The notes under the pieces: model-generated
What the model saw: only the letters and a program-made list of their open reading frames with translations
Database searches by the model: none
Told to the model about the DNA's origin: nothing
Shown: in pieces, positions 43,319-52,656 of the stretch
How positions within the stretch are numbered: the first letter of the stretch is position 1
How the letters are laid out: every line of letters starts with the position of its first letter
Position numbers and translations under genes: made by a program
NCBI GenBank assembly: GCA_964394715.1
Contig: CAYMYR010000007.1
Coordinates: forward strand, 498-64,497
DNA: 64,000 nt
DNA from: an uncultured Smithella sp.
GTDB lineage: Bacteria; Desulfobacterota; Syntrophia; Syntrophales; Smithellaceae
Direction of reading: 5' to 3'

Positions 43319-44819
43319 AGTTAAAACCTCCTCTTTTCATCGATCTTATTGTGTGGTCCGCCCATCCGCCTGCAAGCGGAGTCACGTCGGGCCTGTCCAG
43401 GACACCGGCGCGGGCTTGATTTAGCTTAGTCTGGCGATACTCTCTGGCTCTGTCGATAAGTGCATCGGCCCATGCGGGCGTTCCCAGGGCATGCACATGT
43501 GTGAAGCTCCCCAGGATGTTATTTCTGCAAAGCCCCTCGCGACGGCCGTCAATACCCGTACCTTTCAACACGTTGAATGCGGTGCGCATGTCGCTGTCCC
43601 GGCCAGACAGAATCCGGCAGTAATGAAATTCGTGGCCGGTGATCGTCTGGCCGACGGGGAAAAAGGGATTATCCTGGTCTGCCACAAGCCTGGTGTAACC
43701 GTGTCCCTGCGGACGTTTCTCCAGGCAAAACGCCAGCGGCAGTGCGCCGGCCATCGGGTAGCGGTTGTCGCCGATCGAAAGGTATTCACCCAGGTACACG
43801 AAGCCCCCGCATTCTGCATAAATCGGCAGGCCGGCATCGCCGGCTTTTTTCACGGAATTGCGGAAGGATTCATTGGCGGCAAGCTCTCCTGCCTGTGTTT
43901 CGGGAAATCCTCCTCCGATGTACAGAGCATCAACGGGCGGCAGTGTTTTCTGCGAAAGGGCGCTGATAAAAACAACCCGGATGCCGCGGTCGGCGAGTGC
44001 TTCAATGTTATCCTCATAGTAGAACTGAAACGCCGTATCCCTGATGACGCCGATGGTAAGGGGATCATTTACCGTTTCGCAAGAGCATGAAGGCTTTGGG
44101 AAGGCGTCAATCTTCCAGGGTGGAGCGCTTCGGGCGACATCGAGCAGAGCGGGGATGTCCAGGTAGTCGCGGGCCATGGCGGACGCCCGTTCAAGCGCCT
44201 GATGGATGGAGCCATGCTCGTCGGGGGGAACAAGCCCCAGGTGCCGCTGCACGAAAGGCAGGTCCGGCAGGCGCGGTACGGTTCCGTAAACGGGCAGGCC
44301 GGTGTTGTCTTCAATGGATCGGCGGGTCACTGAGGCATGGCGCTGTCCGTTCACCCGGCTCAGGATCACCCCCCGGATGTCCACGGCGGGATCGAGATGC
44401 AGGCAGCCCAGAACCATTGCCGCCGCTGTTCGCGTTACCTTGTCGCAGTCGACAACCAAAATGACCGGAGCCTGAAGAAGTTTGGCAAGTTGGGCCGTGC
44501 TGAATTCCCCGGCGGCATTGACGCCGTCGAAAAGCCCCCGACTGCCTTCAATGATGGAAACGGCGCCTTCCACGGCGTGGCGCGAAAAGGAGCGGACGAC
44601 CTGATCGTTGCCCATGAGAAAGGTGTCCAGGTTATAGCAGTTGCCGGATGCCGCCTGAGACAACCAGGCAGCGTCGATGTAGTCCGGTCCCTTTTTGAAA
44701 GGGGCAACTGGAATGCCCTGCCTGCGCAGGGCGACGGCCATCGCCACGGACAAGGTCGTTTTTCCCGCCCCACCACGCAGGGCGGCCACAACGAAACGCG
44801 GGCATTGTCTGTTCATCAT
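43305..44819 (-). CDS. dsrN: DsrN, cobyrinic acid a,c-diamide synthase-like (siroheme amidase)
   Basis: N-terminal ALRGGAGKTT nucleotide-binding loop and a C-terminal glutamine amidotransferase domain (IYAECGGFVYLG, GHEFHY). Positioned between dsrD and dsrC. Confidence 0.85.
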   Translation of the reverse strand: MMNRQCPRFVVAALRGGAGKTTLSVAMAVALRRQGIPVAPFKKGPDYIDAAWLSQAASGNCYNLDTFLMGNDQVVRSFSRHAVEGAVSIIEGSRGLFDGVNAAGEFSTAQLAKLLQAPVILVVDCDKVTRTAAAMVLGCLHLDPAVDIRGVILSRVNGQRHASVTRRSIEDNTGLPVYGTVPRLPDLPFVQRHLGLVPPDEHGSIHQALERASAMARDYLDIPALLDVARSAPPWKIDAFPKPSCSCETVNDPLTIGVIRDTAFQFYYEDNIEALADRGIRVVFISALSQKTLPPVDALYIGGGFPETQAGELAANESFRNSVKKAGDAGLPIYAECGGFVYLGEYLSIGDNRYPMAGALPLAFCLEKRPQGHGYTRLVADQDNPFFPVGQTITGHEFHYCRILSGRDSDMRTAFNVLKGTGIDGRREGLCRNNILGSFTHVHALGTPAWADALIDRAREYRQTKLNQARAGVLDRPDVTPLAGGWADHTIRSMKRGGFNYAAD

Positions 44820-44836
44820 CCTTCACCCCGGGTTCA

Positions 44837-45061
44837 TCATTCCTTCGGAAAGAATTCCGCAAGCATGATGTAAGTTGAGCTGCCGCTCGACCAGTATTTC
44901 AACACTTCTTCATCCAAAAGCTCCTTTACGACGTTCTGCACGGCGTGGCGATCCTCGTCGGGGAGCCACTTCGTGACATCACGTATGTAAAACATCTTTT
45001 TGTCGCCCCGGGACTTCTCCCGGAACAGGTTCGTGACGCGTACCTTCAGGTCCTCGCTCAT
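44837..45061 (-). CDS. dsrD: DsrD, small winged-helix protein of the dsr operon
   Basis: Start moved to ATG 45061 (GGAGG 6 nt upstream, 2 nt after the dsrB stop), giving 74 aa. Lys-rich KSRGDKKMFYIRD segment. Position immediately after dsrB. Confidence 0.85.
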   Translation of the reverse strand: MSEDLKVRVTNLFREKSRGDKKMFYIRDVTKWLPDEDRHAVQNVVKELLDEEVLKYWSSGSSTYIMLAEFFPKE

Positions 45062-45063
45062 AA

Positions 45064-46125
45064 CTACCTCCATTTGAACTGCGCAGACGTTCGGAACGTC
45101 TCCGTAGCCAGGTCAAAGTCATCGATGTGCTGGTCCGTAAACGGGATGCCCGTCAGACTGAAAAAACGTTCCCAGCCCACACGATTGATCCACTCACCGA
45201 TGCGTTCATGCTTCCGGGCATGGGTCGCGTATACTTCAATGATATTCTTGACCGCATGCACGACTTCCGGCCAGCGCGGCGGGTTGTTTGGGAGAAACGG
45301 AATCGCCAGCTTGGAGAACATGGGGGCGCTACGGGCATTCGATACCTTGCCGCCAACCCAGATGGAGATCCCGTCGTTGTCGGGATCGGCAATCGGCATC
45401 GCCGGGCAAACCGTGTAGCAGTTGCCGCAGTACATGCATTTCTCTTCATTGACGGCGACGCTTTTGTTCTTCATGTCGCCCCGGATGGCTCCCGTCGGGC
45501 AGGAGGCCACGGTCGATGGAATCTCGCAGACGTTGGGAACGCGTGCGTTGTCGACTTTGGGGACCGTCCGGTGGATGCCCAGGATGGCAATGTCGGAGCA
45601 GTGTACGGCGCCGCACATATTCAGGCAGCAGGCCAGCGCAATCCGCACGTGCGCAGGCAGTGTCGCCGTCACAAAGTAGTCGTAAATTTCGTCCATCAGC
45701 GCTTTAACAGGGCCGGAGGCGTCCGTCGCCGGTGTGTGACAGTGCACCCACCCCTGCGTATGGACGATGTTGGAGATGGAGTGTCCTGTACCGCCCACCG
45801 GGTAGCCCCGGTTTTTTAGTTCTTCGATCAGAGGTTCGATCCTATTCTTGTCATCCAGAAGAAACTCGATGTTGTGACGGCTGGTGAATCGCAGGAAACC
45901 ATCACAGTATTTTTCGGCGATGTCGCAGATTTCGCGGATGTGATCCGTGGAAACCAGCCGGGGTGATCCGGCGCGTATACTGTAGAGCGCCTCTCCGGAT
46001 TGGGAGATGTGCATCAGGACGCCCGGTTTCAGGATTTCGTGGTAGAGCCATTTCCCGTAATTTCTCTGGATGACGGGAGGCAGCATGGTCTTATAATCAG
46101 GGGGTCCGATGTCCGTTTTTGCCAT
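45064..46125 (-). CDS. dsrB: Dissimilatory sulfite reductase beta subunit
   Basis: [16 protein letters not shown] siroheme/cluster region, [11 protein letters not shown], and the ferredoxin insert CPTGAIRG...[12 protein letters not shown]. Confidence 0.93.
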   Translation of the reverse strand: MAKTDIGPPDYKTMLPPVIQRNYGKWLYHEILKPGVLMHISQSGEALYSIRAGSPRLVSTDHIREICDIAEKYCDGFLRFTSRHNIEFLLDDKNRIEPLIEELKNRGYPVGGTGHSISNIVHTQGWVHCHTPATDASGPVKALMDEIYDYFVTATLPAHVRIALACCLNMCGAVHCSDIAILGIHRTVPKVDNARVPNVCEIPSTVASCPTGAIRGDMKNKSVAVNEEKCMYCGNCYTVCPAMPIADPDNDGISIWVGGKVSNARSAPMFSKLAIPFLPNNPPRWPEVVHAVKNIIEVYATHARKHERIGEWINRVGWERFFSLTGIPFTDQHIDDFDLATETFRTSAQFKWR

Positions 46126-46126
46126 T

Positions 46127-47314
46127 TTACTTCACCTCCTTCTTAATGTCTTCCGGCCAGAAAAAGACGTAGGGATTCGTCCGCGGCGCCTTAACCATCT
46201 GGGGTACCGCTTGAAGCCCAACAGCTTTCAAAAAGACGCGCATGCCCAGCCGGGTGATGAGCTCGCCCAGCCGCTCACGCGATTTACCGTTTTCGTCCCA
46301 CCAATCCTGGATGCGTTCAATGAGGCTTTTCAGTTCACCGTAGGGCGGTTCAAGCTTCATGAACGGTACAATGACCCAGGACAGGAGCGCGCCCTTGACA
46401 ATTGGTGCCTTGCCGCCGACAAGTATGGTTGCGCCTTTTTCCTTCCCGGGCCGCAGGGCCTTCGGCATCAGGTTGATGCAGTGCATGCAGCGTGTGCAGT
46501 CCTCGTTGTAGATTTTCAGATCCCTGCCGTTCCATTCCATGCAGCGTGTCGGGCACAGATCACAGACTTCTTTTTGGATGTTGATCCTTGAAGCATAGGC
46601 TAGGACTTCCTGTGGATTGATCTGAATATCGTCCTTCCAGGTTCCGATGATCGACAGGTCGGAGCGGGCGATGGAGGCCACGCAGTCGTTCGCGCATGCG
46701 GAAACTTTGATCTTGAATTTGTAGGGGAACATGGGACGATGGATTTGGTCCTGGTACGTCATCGTGATGTCGTAACAGATGTCGAGGCTGTCGATGCAGG
46801 CCCATTCGCAGCGGGCCGGCCCGACACAGGCGCTGGGTGTGCGCAGGGCCGAACCGGATCCGCCGAGGTCAAAGCCGGCTGAAGAGAGATCGTCAAAGCA
46901 GGCCTGGAGATGGTTCGTTGTTGTTCCCAGCAGAATGGCGTCGCCTGTGGAGCCGTGCATGTTCGTGAGTCCGCTGCCGTGCTTGTCCCAGATGTCGCAG
47001 AGTTTGCGCAGAGTGTCCGTCCTGTAGAACCAGCCGGTCGGGTGATTGACCCGCATTGTGTGGAAGGCCTGAACATTCGGAAACAGGTCCGGGCGGTCAG
47101 AATAGCGCCCGATGACACCGGCGCCGTAGCCCTTGACGCCCACGATGCCTCCGTGCTTCCAATGGCCGATCTTATCCCTGTATGACAGCTCCAACTGCTG
47201 AACAAGATCCCTGGCCATGGCATTCTTCTGTGCGGCCTGTTTCATATCCTTGACGAAGCTTGGCCATTTTCCATCTTCCAGTTCATCGAGCAAGGGTGTG
47301 TCTGATTTCGACAT
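46127..47314 (-). CDS. dsrA: Dissimilatory sulfite reductase alpha subunit
   Basis: [19 protein letters not shown]-terminus, [12 protein letters not shown] and SACANDC cluster motifs, and a ferredoxin insert CDLCPTRC...CTRCMHC. AGGAGG SD lies upstream of the ATG. There is a 1-nt gap to dsrB. Confidence 0.93.
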   Translation of the reverse strand: MSKSDTPLLDELEDGKWPSFVKDMKQAAQKNAMARDLVQQLELSYRDKIGHWKHGGIVGVKGYGAGVIGRYSDRPDLFPNVQAFHTMRVNHPTGWFYRTDTLRKLCDIWDKHGSGLTNMHGSTGDAILLGTTTNHLQACFDDLSSAGFDLGGSGSALRTPSACVGPARCEWACIDSLDICYDITMTYQDQIHRPMFPYKFKIKVSACANDCVASIARSDLSIIGTWKDDIQINPQEVLAYASRINIQKEVCDLCPTRCMEWNGRDLKIYNEDCTRCMHCINLMPKALRPGKEKGATILVGGKAPIVKGALLSWVIVPFMKLEPPYGELKSLIERIQDWWDENGKSRERLGELITRLGMRVFLKAVGLQAVPQMVKAPRTNPYVFFWPEDIKKEVK

Positions 47315-47391
47315 GTTTATCCTCCTTTTTATACAAATTCAATGGGTTAGGAGTATTAAATACATAAAATTGAATACCATTCATAATTTGA

Positions 47392-47419
47392 ATAGTACTA
47401 TTTTTGTGAAATATGTCAA
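47392..47419 (-). promoter_or_regulatory. Candidate sigma70-type promoter of the dsr array
   Basis: Read on the minus strand: TTGACA (47419-47414), a 16-nt spacer, then TACTAT (47397-47392). This implies a 5' UTR of about 70 nt before dsrA. Confidence 0.4.
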
Positions 47420-47762
47420 GTAAAAGGTGCCGTAACCTGCGTGCCACCCGCATGCCCGGAAAGGTGTCTGGATTTTTGGCCATGAACATCATCCATGGAT
47501 CGGGTTCATGAAAAGAAGAGTTGTGTTGTCCTTTGATTAAATACAAAAAGTTGCGTTATCTCTATTTCCCCGGAGCCCGCAGAATCGGAAGAGGCCTGGA
47601 TCGATTAGGAATAATGATGCCACAAGTGAAGGAGAGGTCATGCCGCGTGAGAAAAGCTCATTCGGAAAGAGGGAAGATTGCCCGTTTCCTTGATCGAGTT
47701 TATTTATTCTACACTGATGATGAAAATAATCAAAGTGATTTATTGGAAAGTTCATGAACGCC

Positions 47763-47791
47763 TTGACATATAAAACTGCATTTTCTATACT
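47763..47791 (+). promoter_or_regulatory. sigma70-type promoter for the 47842 gene
   Basis: TTGACA (47763-47768), a 17-nt spacer, then TATACT (47786-47791). Confidence 0.5.
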
Positions 47792-47841
47792 TTGATTGAT
47801 TAAAAAGATTTCTGATCATTATCAATCCGGCACAGGAAACG

Positions 47842-48819
47842 TTGATTCCGGCAAAGAGTGACCCTATGATATATAAAGGCATCACCTGGTTTGTCCTCTA
47901 TATACTTCTGGCGATAGGATTCACTGTTTGGTTCTTTCAGTTCTTTCCCACTGCATCACCCGGAGACGCTCTTCCGGAAGCATCATTCCGGATCAAGAAA
48001 GCGCTTATCGGCGGATTCGTGATAGCCATCCCCGCCTGGTTAGTGCTCTGCCAGCTCAGTGGTGTCTGGTTGCGTGTGCAGGAGCGTCAACAGCTGGTCC
48101 AGGCATCGAAAGGTCATTTTCTCGCCGATGGCGAGAGAGGCGTGTTCTATGGCCAGATCCAACGTGACGGTCCGCCATTGACAGCGCCGCTCAGCCAAAG
48201 GAACTGCCTTCTGTACCGGTACACGATTACTCATAATGAAAGCCGGCCCTCACGACTGAAATCCAACGATTCTTCGAACGATTCCACAGTCTATGATGCG
48301 GAAGGCTTTGCCCTCACACCTTCAACTATCCATACAGCCAGCGGCTCTCTGAAGCTTCTGACACCCGTTACGCCAAAATTCAAGGCCGATCACATCCCTG
48401 CTGATCAGGCTATAGAAAACTACAAAAAATTTTTGACCGCAACCACCTTACAGGGTGCCGGCAGCCTGGACATGTTCCCGTCTCTTAAAAGCTCCATCAT
48501 GAATAAGACGGATGGCGCCATCCGCTACGACCTGGGCACAGGACAACTCGATCCGACGGATCAGCTGTATATCCAGGAGCACATTGTCCAAGACGGAGAA
48601 ACCGTAGCGGTGTTCGGAAAGTACTCGGCTTCTTTGGGTGGCATCGTTTTTGATCCGGTTGGTTATGAAGTGCTTCTGTACAAGGGAACACTTGAGTCGA
48701 TGAAGAAAGACCTCCTGCGGGGGGCCAAATGGTATGCGTTCGGGGCCATTGTCTTATGTGTGGTGACGGCGGTTGGCGCCTGGGTATTCTTCAAGTATGG
48801 GCCATTACACATCTGGTAA
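47842..48819 (+). CDS. Hypothetical membrane protein (two N-terminal TM segments + one C-terminal TM segment)
   Basis: Hydrophobic segments WFVLYILLAIGFTVWFF, GGFVIAIPAWLVLCQL and FGAIVLCVVTAVGAWVFF. No catalytic motif recognised. The start is uncertain (TTG 47842 or ATG 47866). Confidence 0.55.
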   Translation: MIPAKSDPMIYKGITWFVLYILLAIGFTVWFFQFFPTASPGDALPEASFRIKKALIGGFVIAIPAWLVLCQLSGVWLRVQERQQLVQASKGHFLADGERGVFYGQIQRDGPPLTAPLSQRNCLLYRYTITHNESRPSRLKSNDSSNDSTVYDAEGFALTPSTIHTASGSLKLLTPVTPKFKADHIPADQAIENYKKFLTATTLQGAGSLDMFPSLKSSIMNKTDGAIRYDLGTGQLDPTDQLYIQEHIVQDGETVAVFGKYSASLGGIVFDPVGYEVLLYKGTLESMKKDLLRGAKWYAFGAIVLCVVTAVGAWVFFKYGPLHIW

Positions 48820-48855
48820 AAAGGTTGCATCTTTTTTTGAAAAAGGGGGGGCGAA

Positions 48856-49416
48856 ATGAAAGCGCGTGTAGCCATGAAGAAAATACCGCTCAGGAAAGCA
48901 TTCACGCTGATGGAATCAGGGCCGGTTGTCCTTGTGACAACAAACGATGGCGGGAAGAACAACATCATGACCATCTCCTGGACCATGGTAGTGGACTTCA
49001 CACCGCAGTTTGCCATCACCACGGGGCCATGGAACTTTTCCTATGCGGCGCTTCGGAAATCCAGGGAATGTGTAATTGCCATTCCTGCTGTTGACATGAT
49101 TGATCAGGTTGTTGGCGTGGGAACGTGTTCCGGTTCCGATACAGACAAATTTGAAAAGTTTGGATTGACTCCGTTGACGGGAAAACATGTCAGGTCTCCC
49201 CTGATTAAAGAATGCCTGGCAAATATCGAATGTAAAGTTACTGATATCATCAGGAAGCACAACATCATTGTCCTTGAAACTGTTGCTGCATACTTCGACA
49301 TCTCTCGCAAAGAAAAGCGAACCATTCACGCAATCGGCGATGGCACCTTCGTGATCGATGGGCGTATGTTAAATCGAAGGAAAATGATGCAGTCAAAGCT
49401 TCCGGATGGCGTGTGA
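48856..49416 (+). CDS. Flavin reductase-like FMN-binding domain protein
   Basis: PVVLVTTNDGGKNNIMTISWTMVV...AIPAVD pattern typical of the flavin-reductase split-barrel family. 186 aa. Confidence 0.7.
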   Translation: MKARVAMKKIPLRKAFTLMESGPVVLVTTNDGGKNNIMTISWTMVVDFTPQFAITTGPWNFSYAALRKSRECVIAIPAVDMIDQVVGVGTCSGSDTDKFEKFGLTPLTGKHVRSPLIKECLANIECKVTDIIRKHNIIVLETVAAYFDISRKEKRTIHAIGDGTFVIDGRMLNRRKMMQSKLPDGV

Positions 49417-49467
49417 TTCATTGGTATAAACCCGACAGCCTGACCTATGATTTATTAAGGAGGCATC

Positions 49468-50565
49468 ATGAAAAAGCTATTTTTGACGATTGTGGTCCTT
49501 CTGTTGTTGCTGACCGCTTATTTGACCCTCTGGCCGGTGCCGATTAAGCCTGTCAGCTGGAATGCCCCTGTGCAGACCGGCTATACCGGAGCACATGCCG
49601 TCAATACAAAACTTGCCGACCTCAAGATGATTTCCCTGGGCAAGGAAGAGGGGCCTGAGCACATCGCTATCGGTAAAGATGGCAAACTATACACCACAGT
49701 TACCAGCGGCAACATTCTTCGCATGAATCCGGATGGCAGCAGTCAAGAGGTGTTTGTAAACACAGGTGGACGGGTGCTGGGTTTTGACTTTGATAAATCC
49801 GGAAACATGATTGCTGCGGACGCAGCGAAAGGACTGCTTTCAATCAACCCAGACAAAAAAATCACCCTATTGACCGATAGGGTAAATGGCGATCCCATCA
49901 GATATGCTGATGCGGTGGTGGTGGCCAAATCCGGCAAGATATACTTTAGTGATGCATCAACCCGTTTTACGCCTAAGGAGTGGGGCGGCGTGTTTGAATC
50001 CAGCATTTTAGACATTATGGAGGGATCGTCCACCGGCCGCATTCTGGAATACGACCCGGCAAGCAGATCGACCCGCGTTGTGGCGAAAGGTTTTTGTTTT
50101 GCAAACGGTGTAGCCTTGAGCAAGGATGAAAAGACTTTGTTCGTCAATGAAACTGGCAAGTACAGAGTATGGAAGATATCGGTAATTGCGAAAGATCTGG
50201 ATATATCTGTTCCCGGAGATCAGGCTATACGGCTGTTTGACAATTTGCCGGGTTATCCCGATAACCTGATGCGGGGACTGGAAGGAAAAATCTGGCTTGG
50301 CCTCGTAAAGCCGCGTAACCACGCCGCCGACAAGCTAGCCACCAAACCGTTCATGCGGAAGCTCACCCTGCGTCTACCGCGCTCAATGTGGCCGGTTCCG
50401 AAAGCCTACGGCCATGTGATAGCGTTCAAGGAAGACGGCAAAGTGGTGGCTGATTTGCAGGACCCCAGCGGTGCTTACCCGGAAACGACAGGGGTAACAG
50501 AGACCAAAGACCGACTCTACATCCAGAGTCTGCACGCAAAGGGTTTGGGCTGGATGCTTAAATAA
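49468..50565 (+). CDS. Strictosidine synthase-like / SMP-30-gluconolactonase-LRE family beta-propeller protein
   Basis: N-terminal signal/anchor followed by GPEHIAIGKDGKLYT, GRVLGFDFDKSGNMIAAD and YADAVVVAKSGKIYFSDAS repeats. Confidence 0.7.
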   Translation: MKKLFLTIVVLLLLLTAYLTLWPVPIKPVSWNAPVQTGYTGAHAVNTKLADLKMISLGKEEGPEHIAIGKDGKLYTTVTSGNILRMNPDGSSQEVFVNTGGRVLGFDFDKSGNMIAADAAKGLLSINPDKKITLLTDRVNGDPIRYADAVVVAKSGKIYFSDASTRFTPKEWGGVFESSILDIMEGSSTGRILEYDPASRSTRVVAKGFCFANGVALSKDEKTLFVNETGKYRVWKISVIAKDLDISVPGDQAIRLFDNLPGYPDNLMRGLEGKIWLGLVKPRNHAADKLATKPFMRKLTLRLPRSMWPVPKAYGHVIAFKEDGKVVADLQDPSGAYPETTGVTETKDRLYIQSLHAKGLGWMLK

Positions 50566-50607
50566 AGTGTATTAATTATCCCTATCCGCCCCGCAAAGGA
50601 GGTCATT

Positions 50608-51477
50608 TTGGACGATTTTCACGTCGATCCGGTTACACCCCCGGATTCAGTTTACACAACATCGTTGGTTAGCGTAGAGAATGATGTCCGCTTGCGGGTC
50701 ATGATCTGGCGGCCGATAAAACCTGTAACACAAAATCCGATCATCTTTGTGGCCGGGTGGGTATCCGCCGTATCCGGATGGGCTCCCTTGCTTAAGGTCA
50801 TGGCTGCCAGAAGGCCGGTTTATTATATTGAAACACGGGAAAAGAAATCAGCCCTCGTTGAGAAAAGAAAACTGAAGCCGGAGGATTTCAGCATTGGCCG
50901 TATGGCGCAGGACCTGATTGCCGTTTGCCGCCAGCTGGGAATCGCATCGCCGACTTCAACCGTTATCGGCAGTTCCCTGGGTGCAACCGCCCTGCTGGAG
51001 GCCCTGAAAGGAGGGCGGTTAACCGCGGGAGCAGCATTTTTAATTGCACCCAATAGTGAGTTCAAGGCGCCATGGTACTTACAGTGGCTGCTATTTCTCC
51101 CGGCGTTTCTGTATCACGGGATTAAATATTTTGTTCTCTGGTATATAAAGACTTTCATGGTCGATGTCAAAAACGAACCCGAACAGATGATGCGTTATAA
51201 TGAAACGCTGCAGGCAGCCCACCCTCAGAGGATCAAGCTTTCAGCTATATCCTCTATAAGAGGGTACTACCAGGTCTGGCCACATTTGGACAGCGTGCAA
51301 ATACCCGTCGCTTTGGCTTATGCTCCCACCGATATGCTGCATTCCTCCACAAATATCCGCAACATGGTGGGCAGGCTGCCTCAGGCAACTGTCGTTACCT
51401 GTCCGTCAAACCGATATATGCACAATGCGGAGGTGATGCAGGATATTGAAGCATTTATATGCAAGGCTATAAAATAA
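50608..51477 (+). CDS. Alpha/beta-fold hydrolase
   Basis: Nucleophile elbow VIGSSLGA (GxSxG). TTG start with AAAGGAGG upstream. Confidence 0.7.
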   Translation: MDDFHVDPVTPPDSVYTTSLVSVENDVRLRVMIWRPIKPVTQNPIIFVAGWVSAVSGWAPLLKVMAARRPVYYIETREKKSALVEKRKLKPEDFSIGRMAQDLIAVCRQLGIASPTSTVIGSSLGATALLEALKGGRLTAGAAFLIAPNSEFKAPWYLQWLLFLPAFLYHGIKYFVLWYIKTFMVDVKNEPEQMMRYNETLQAAHPQRIKLSAISSIRGYYQVWPHLDSVQIPVALAYAPTDMLHSSTNIRNMVGRLPQATVVTCPSNRYMHNAEVMQDIEAFICKAIK

Positions 51478-51533
51478 ATTTTAGGCATTACCACAGCAGG
51501 AGCGAATAGTAGTCTTTTATTTTATTACGAAGA

Positions 51534-52190
51534 TTATTCATTATCAGTTGTCGACATCCAGAGCTCTTTGCCCTTTGTTGTCAAGAAGGCCTCAAACATC
51601 CCCAGACTCATTTTGATCAGGGCCTCAGTGGCTTCCTCACGTGAGTACTTTTTTTCGACGATATAACTGTGCACAATCTGCATCCCCATCCCCAGAAATG
51701 CGTGGCTCAAAAGTACCGGGGTAACTCCCTCAATGATTCCCTCCTGCAGCCATTTATCCACATCTTCGGCAAAGTCGCCGGCCCAGGCGCTAAACGCCCC
51801 CCATGTTGCTTGATCGAAGGCCTCGTCTACTCCATAGCCGCGACGGAGCATGATGAGAAAGATGTGGGGGTTGGCATCAATATAATCGAAAAGGACCGTG
51901 TAGGTTTCCCGAAGAATTTTAATCCGATCAATCCGATCCCTTACATTAAACGAACTTCGGACTTCGCGGATGTGTGTTCGGACATTCTCCAGGTTTTCCT
52001 TGGTGATCCGCTCAAAGATATCGCGTTTGTCTTTAAAATAATTATAGAAGGTTCCGGCGGAGATGCCGGCTGACCTTGCGATGTCCATGACTTGAGTGTT
52101 ATGATAGCCTTGTTTGCTGAAAATTTCTGATGCAGCTTCTATGATACAGTTCAGTGTCTGCTGCCGTCTCAGTTCCGAAACCTTTGACAC
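51534..52190 (-). CDS. TetR-family transcriptional regulator
   Basis: HTH TQVMDIARSAGISAGTFYNYFKDKRDIF. Divergent from the efflux operon. Confidence 0.85.
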   Translation of the reverse strand: MSKVSELRRQQTLNCIIEAASEIFSKQGYHNTQVMDIARSAGISAGTFYNYFKDKRDIFERITKENLENVRTHIREVRSSFNVRDRIDRIKILRETYTVLFDYIDANPHIFLIMLRRGYGVDEAFDQATWGAFSAWAGDFAEDVDKWLQEGIIEGVTPVLLSHAFLGMGMQIVHSYIVEKKYSREEATEALIKMSLGMFEAFLTTKGKELWMSTTDNE

Positions 52191-52355
52191 ACCTGCCTCC
52201 CCCGGAAAGGATTTTTGAAGATTCGAGAAAACCTTTTATCCAGAAACTGGAAATCATAACTATTTATTTTTAGCATATTTTCCCTCGGTGGTCTCTTTTT
52301 TTTTATAAAAGTTTCTATCTTCCTCTTGACAGAGAATTGCGATTATGGTTTATGG

Positions 52356-52397
52356 ATAATGAAATGTCATTACTATATAATAATGACATTTCATTAT
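52356..52397. promoter_or_regulatory. Perfect 17-bp inverted repeat, probable TetR operator
   Basis: ATAATGAAATGTCATTA (52356-52372), an 8-nt spacer, then TAATGACATTTCATTAT (52381-52397), an exact reverse complement. It lies in the TetR/efflux intergenic region, about 25 nt downstream of a TTGACA at 52326-52331. Confidence 0.55.
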
Positions 52398-52656
52398 TAT
52401 ATATAAATATATGAAATATTATGTGATTTATAGACAGTAACTAAAATATTTGGTTCAATAAAAATGGTCTTTTGATGAGATCTTTGTCTATGGGGAACAA
52501 GAGGAAAACAAAGCGCAAACAGTTTGTTTTCTGTTCTTTGGCCACCATGATTATTGAATGTTTGACGCTTGCCAGATGCGAAAGAAACGGACAGGCGTTT
52601 GGTTTGTCTAAACCTTGGTCCGCCGGTTGTAAAAGAAATAGAAAGATGGAGGGTGG

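Noticed and set aside
47640-47693. 17-codon ORF MPREKSSFGKREDCPFP with a strong SD (GAAGGAGAGG) in the dsrA upstream region
   Set aside because: It is too short to evaluate. It has no promoter I can see, lies upstream of the plus-strand promoter at 47763, and could be a chance SD-ATG pairing. Kept only as a note.
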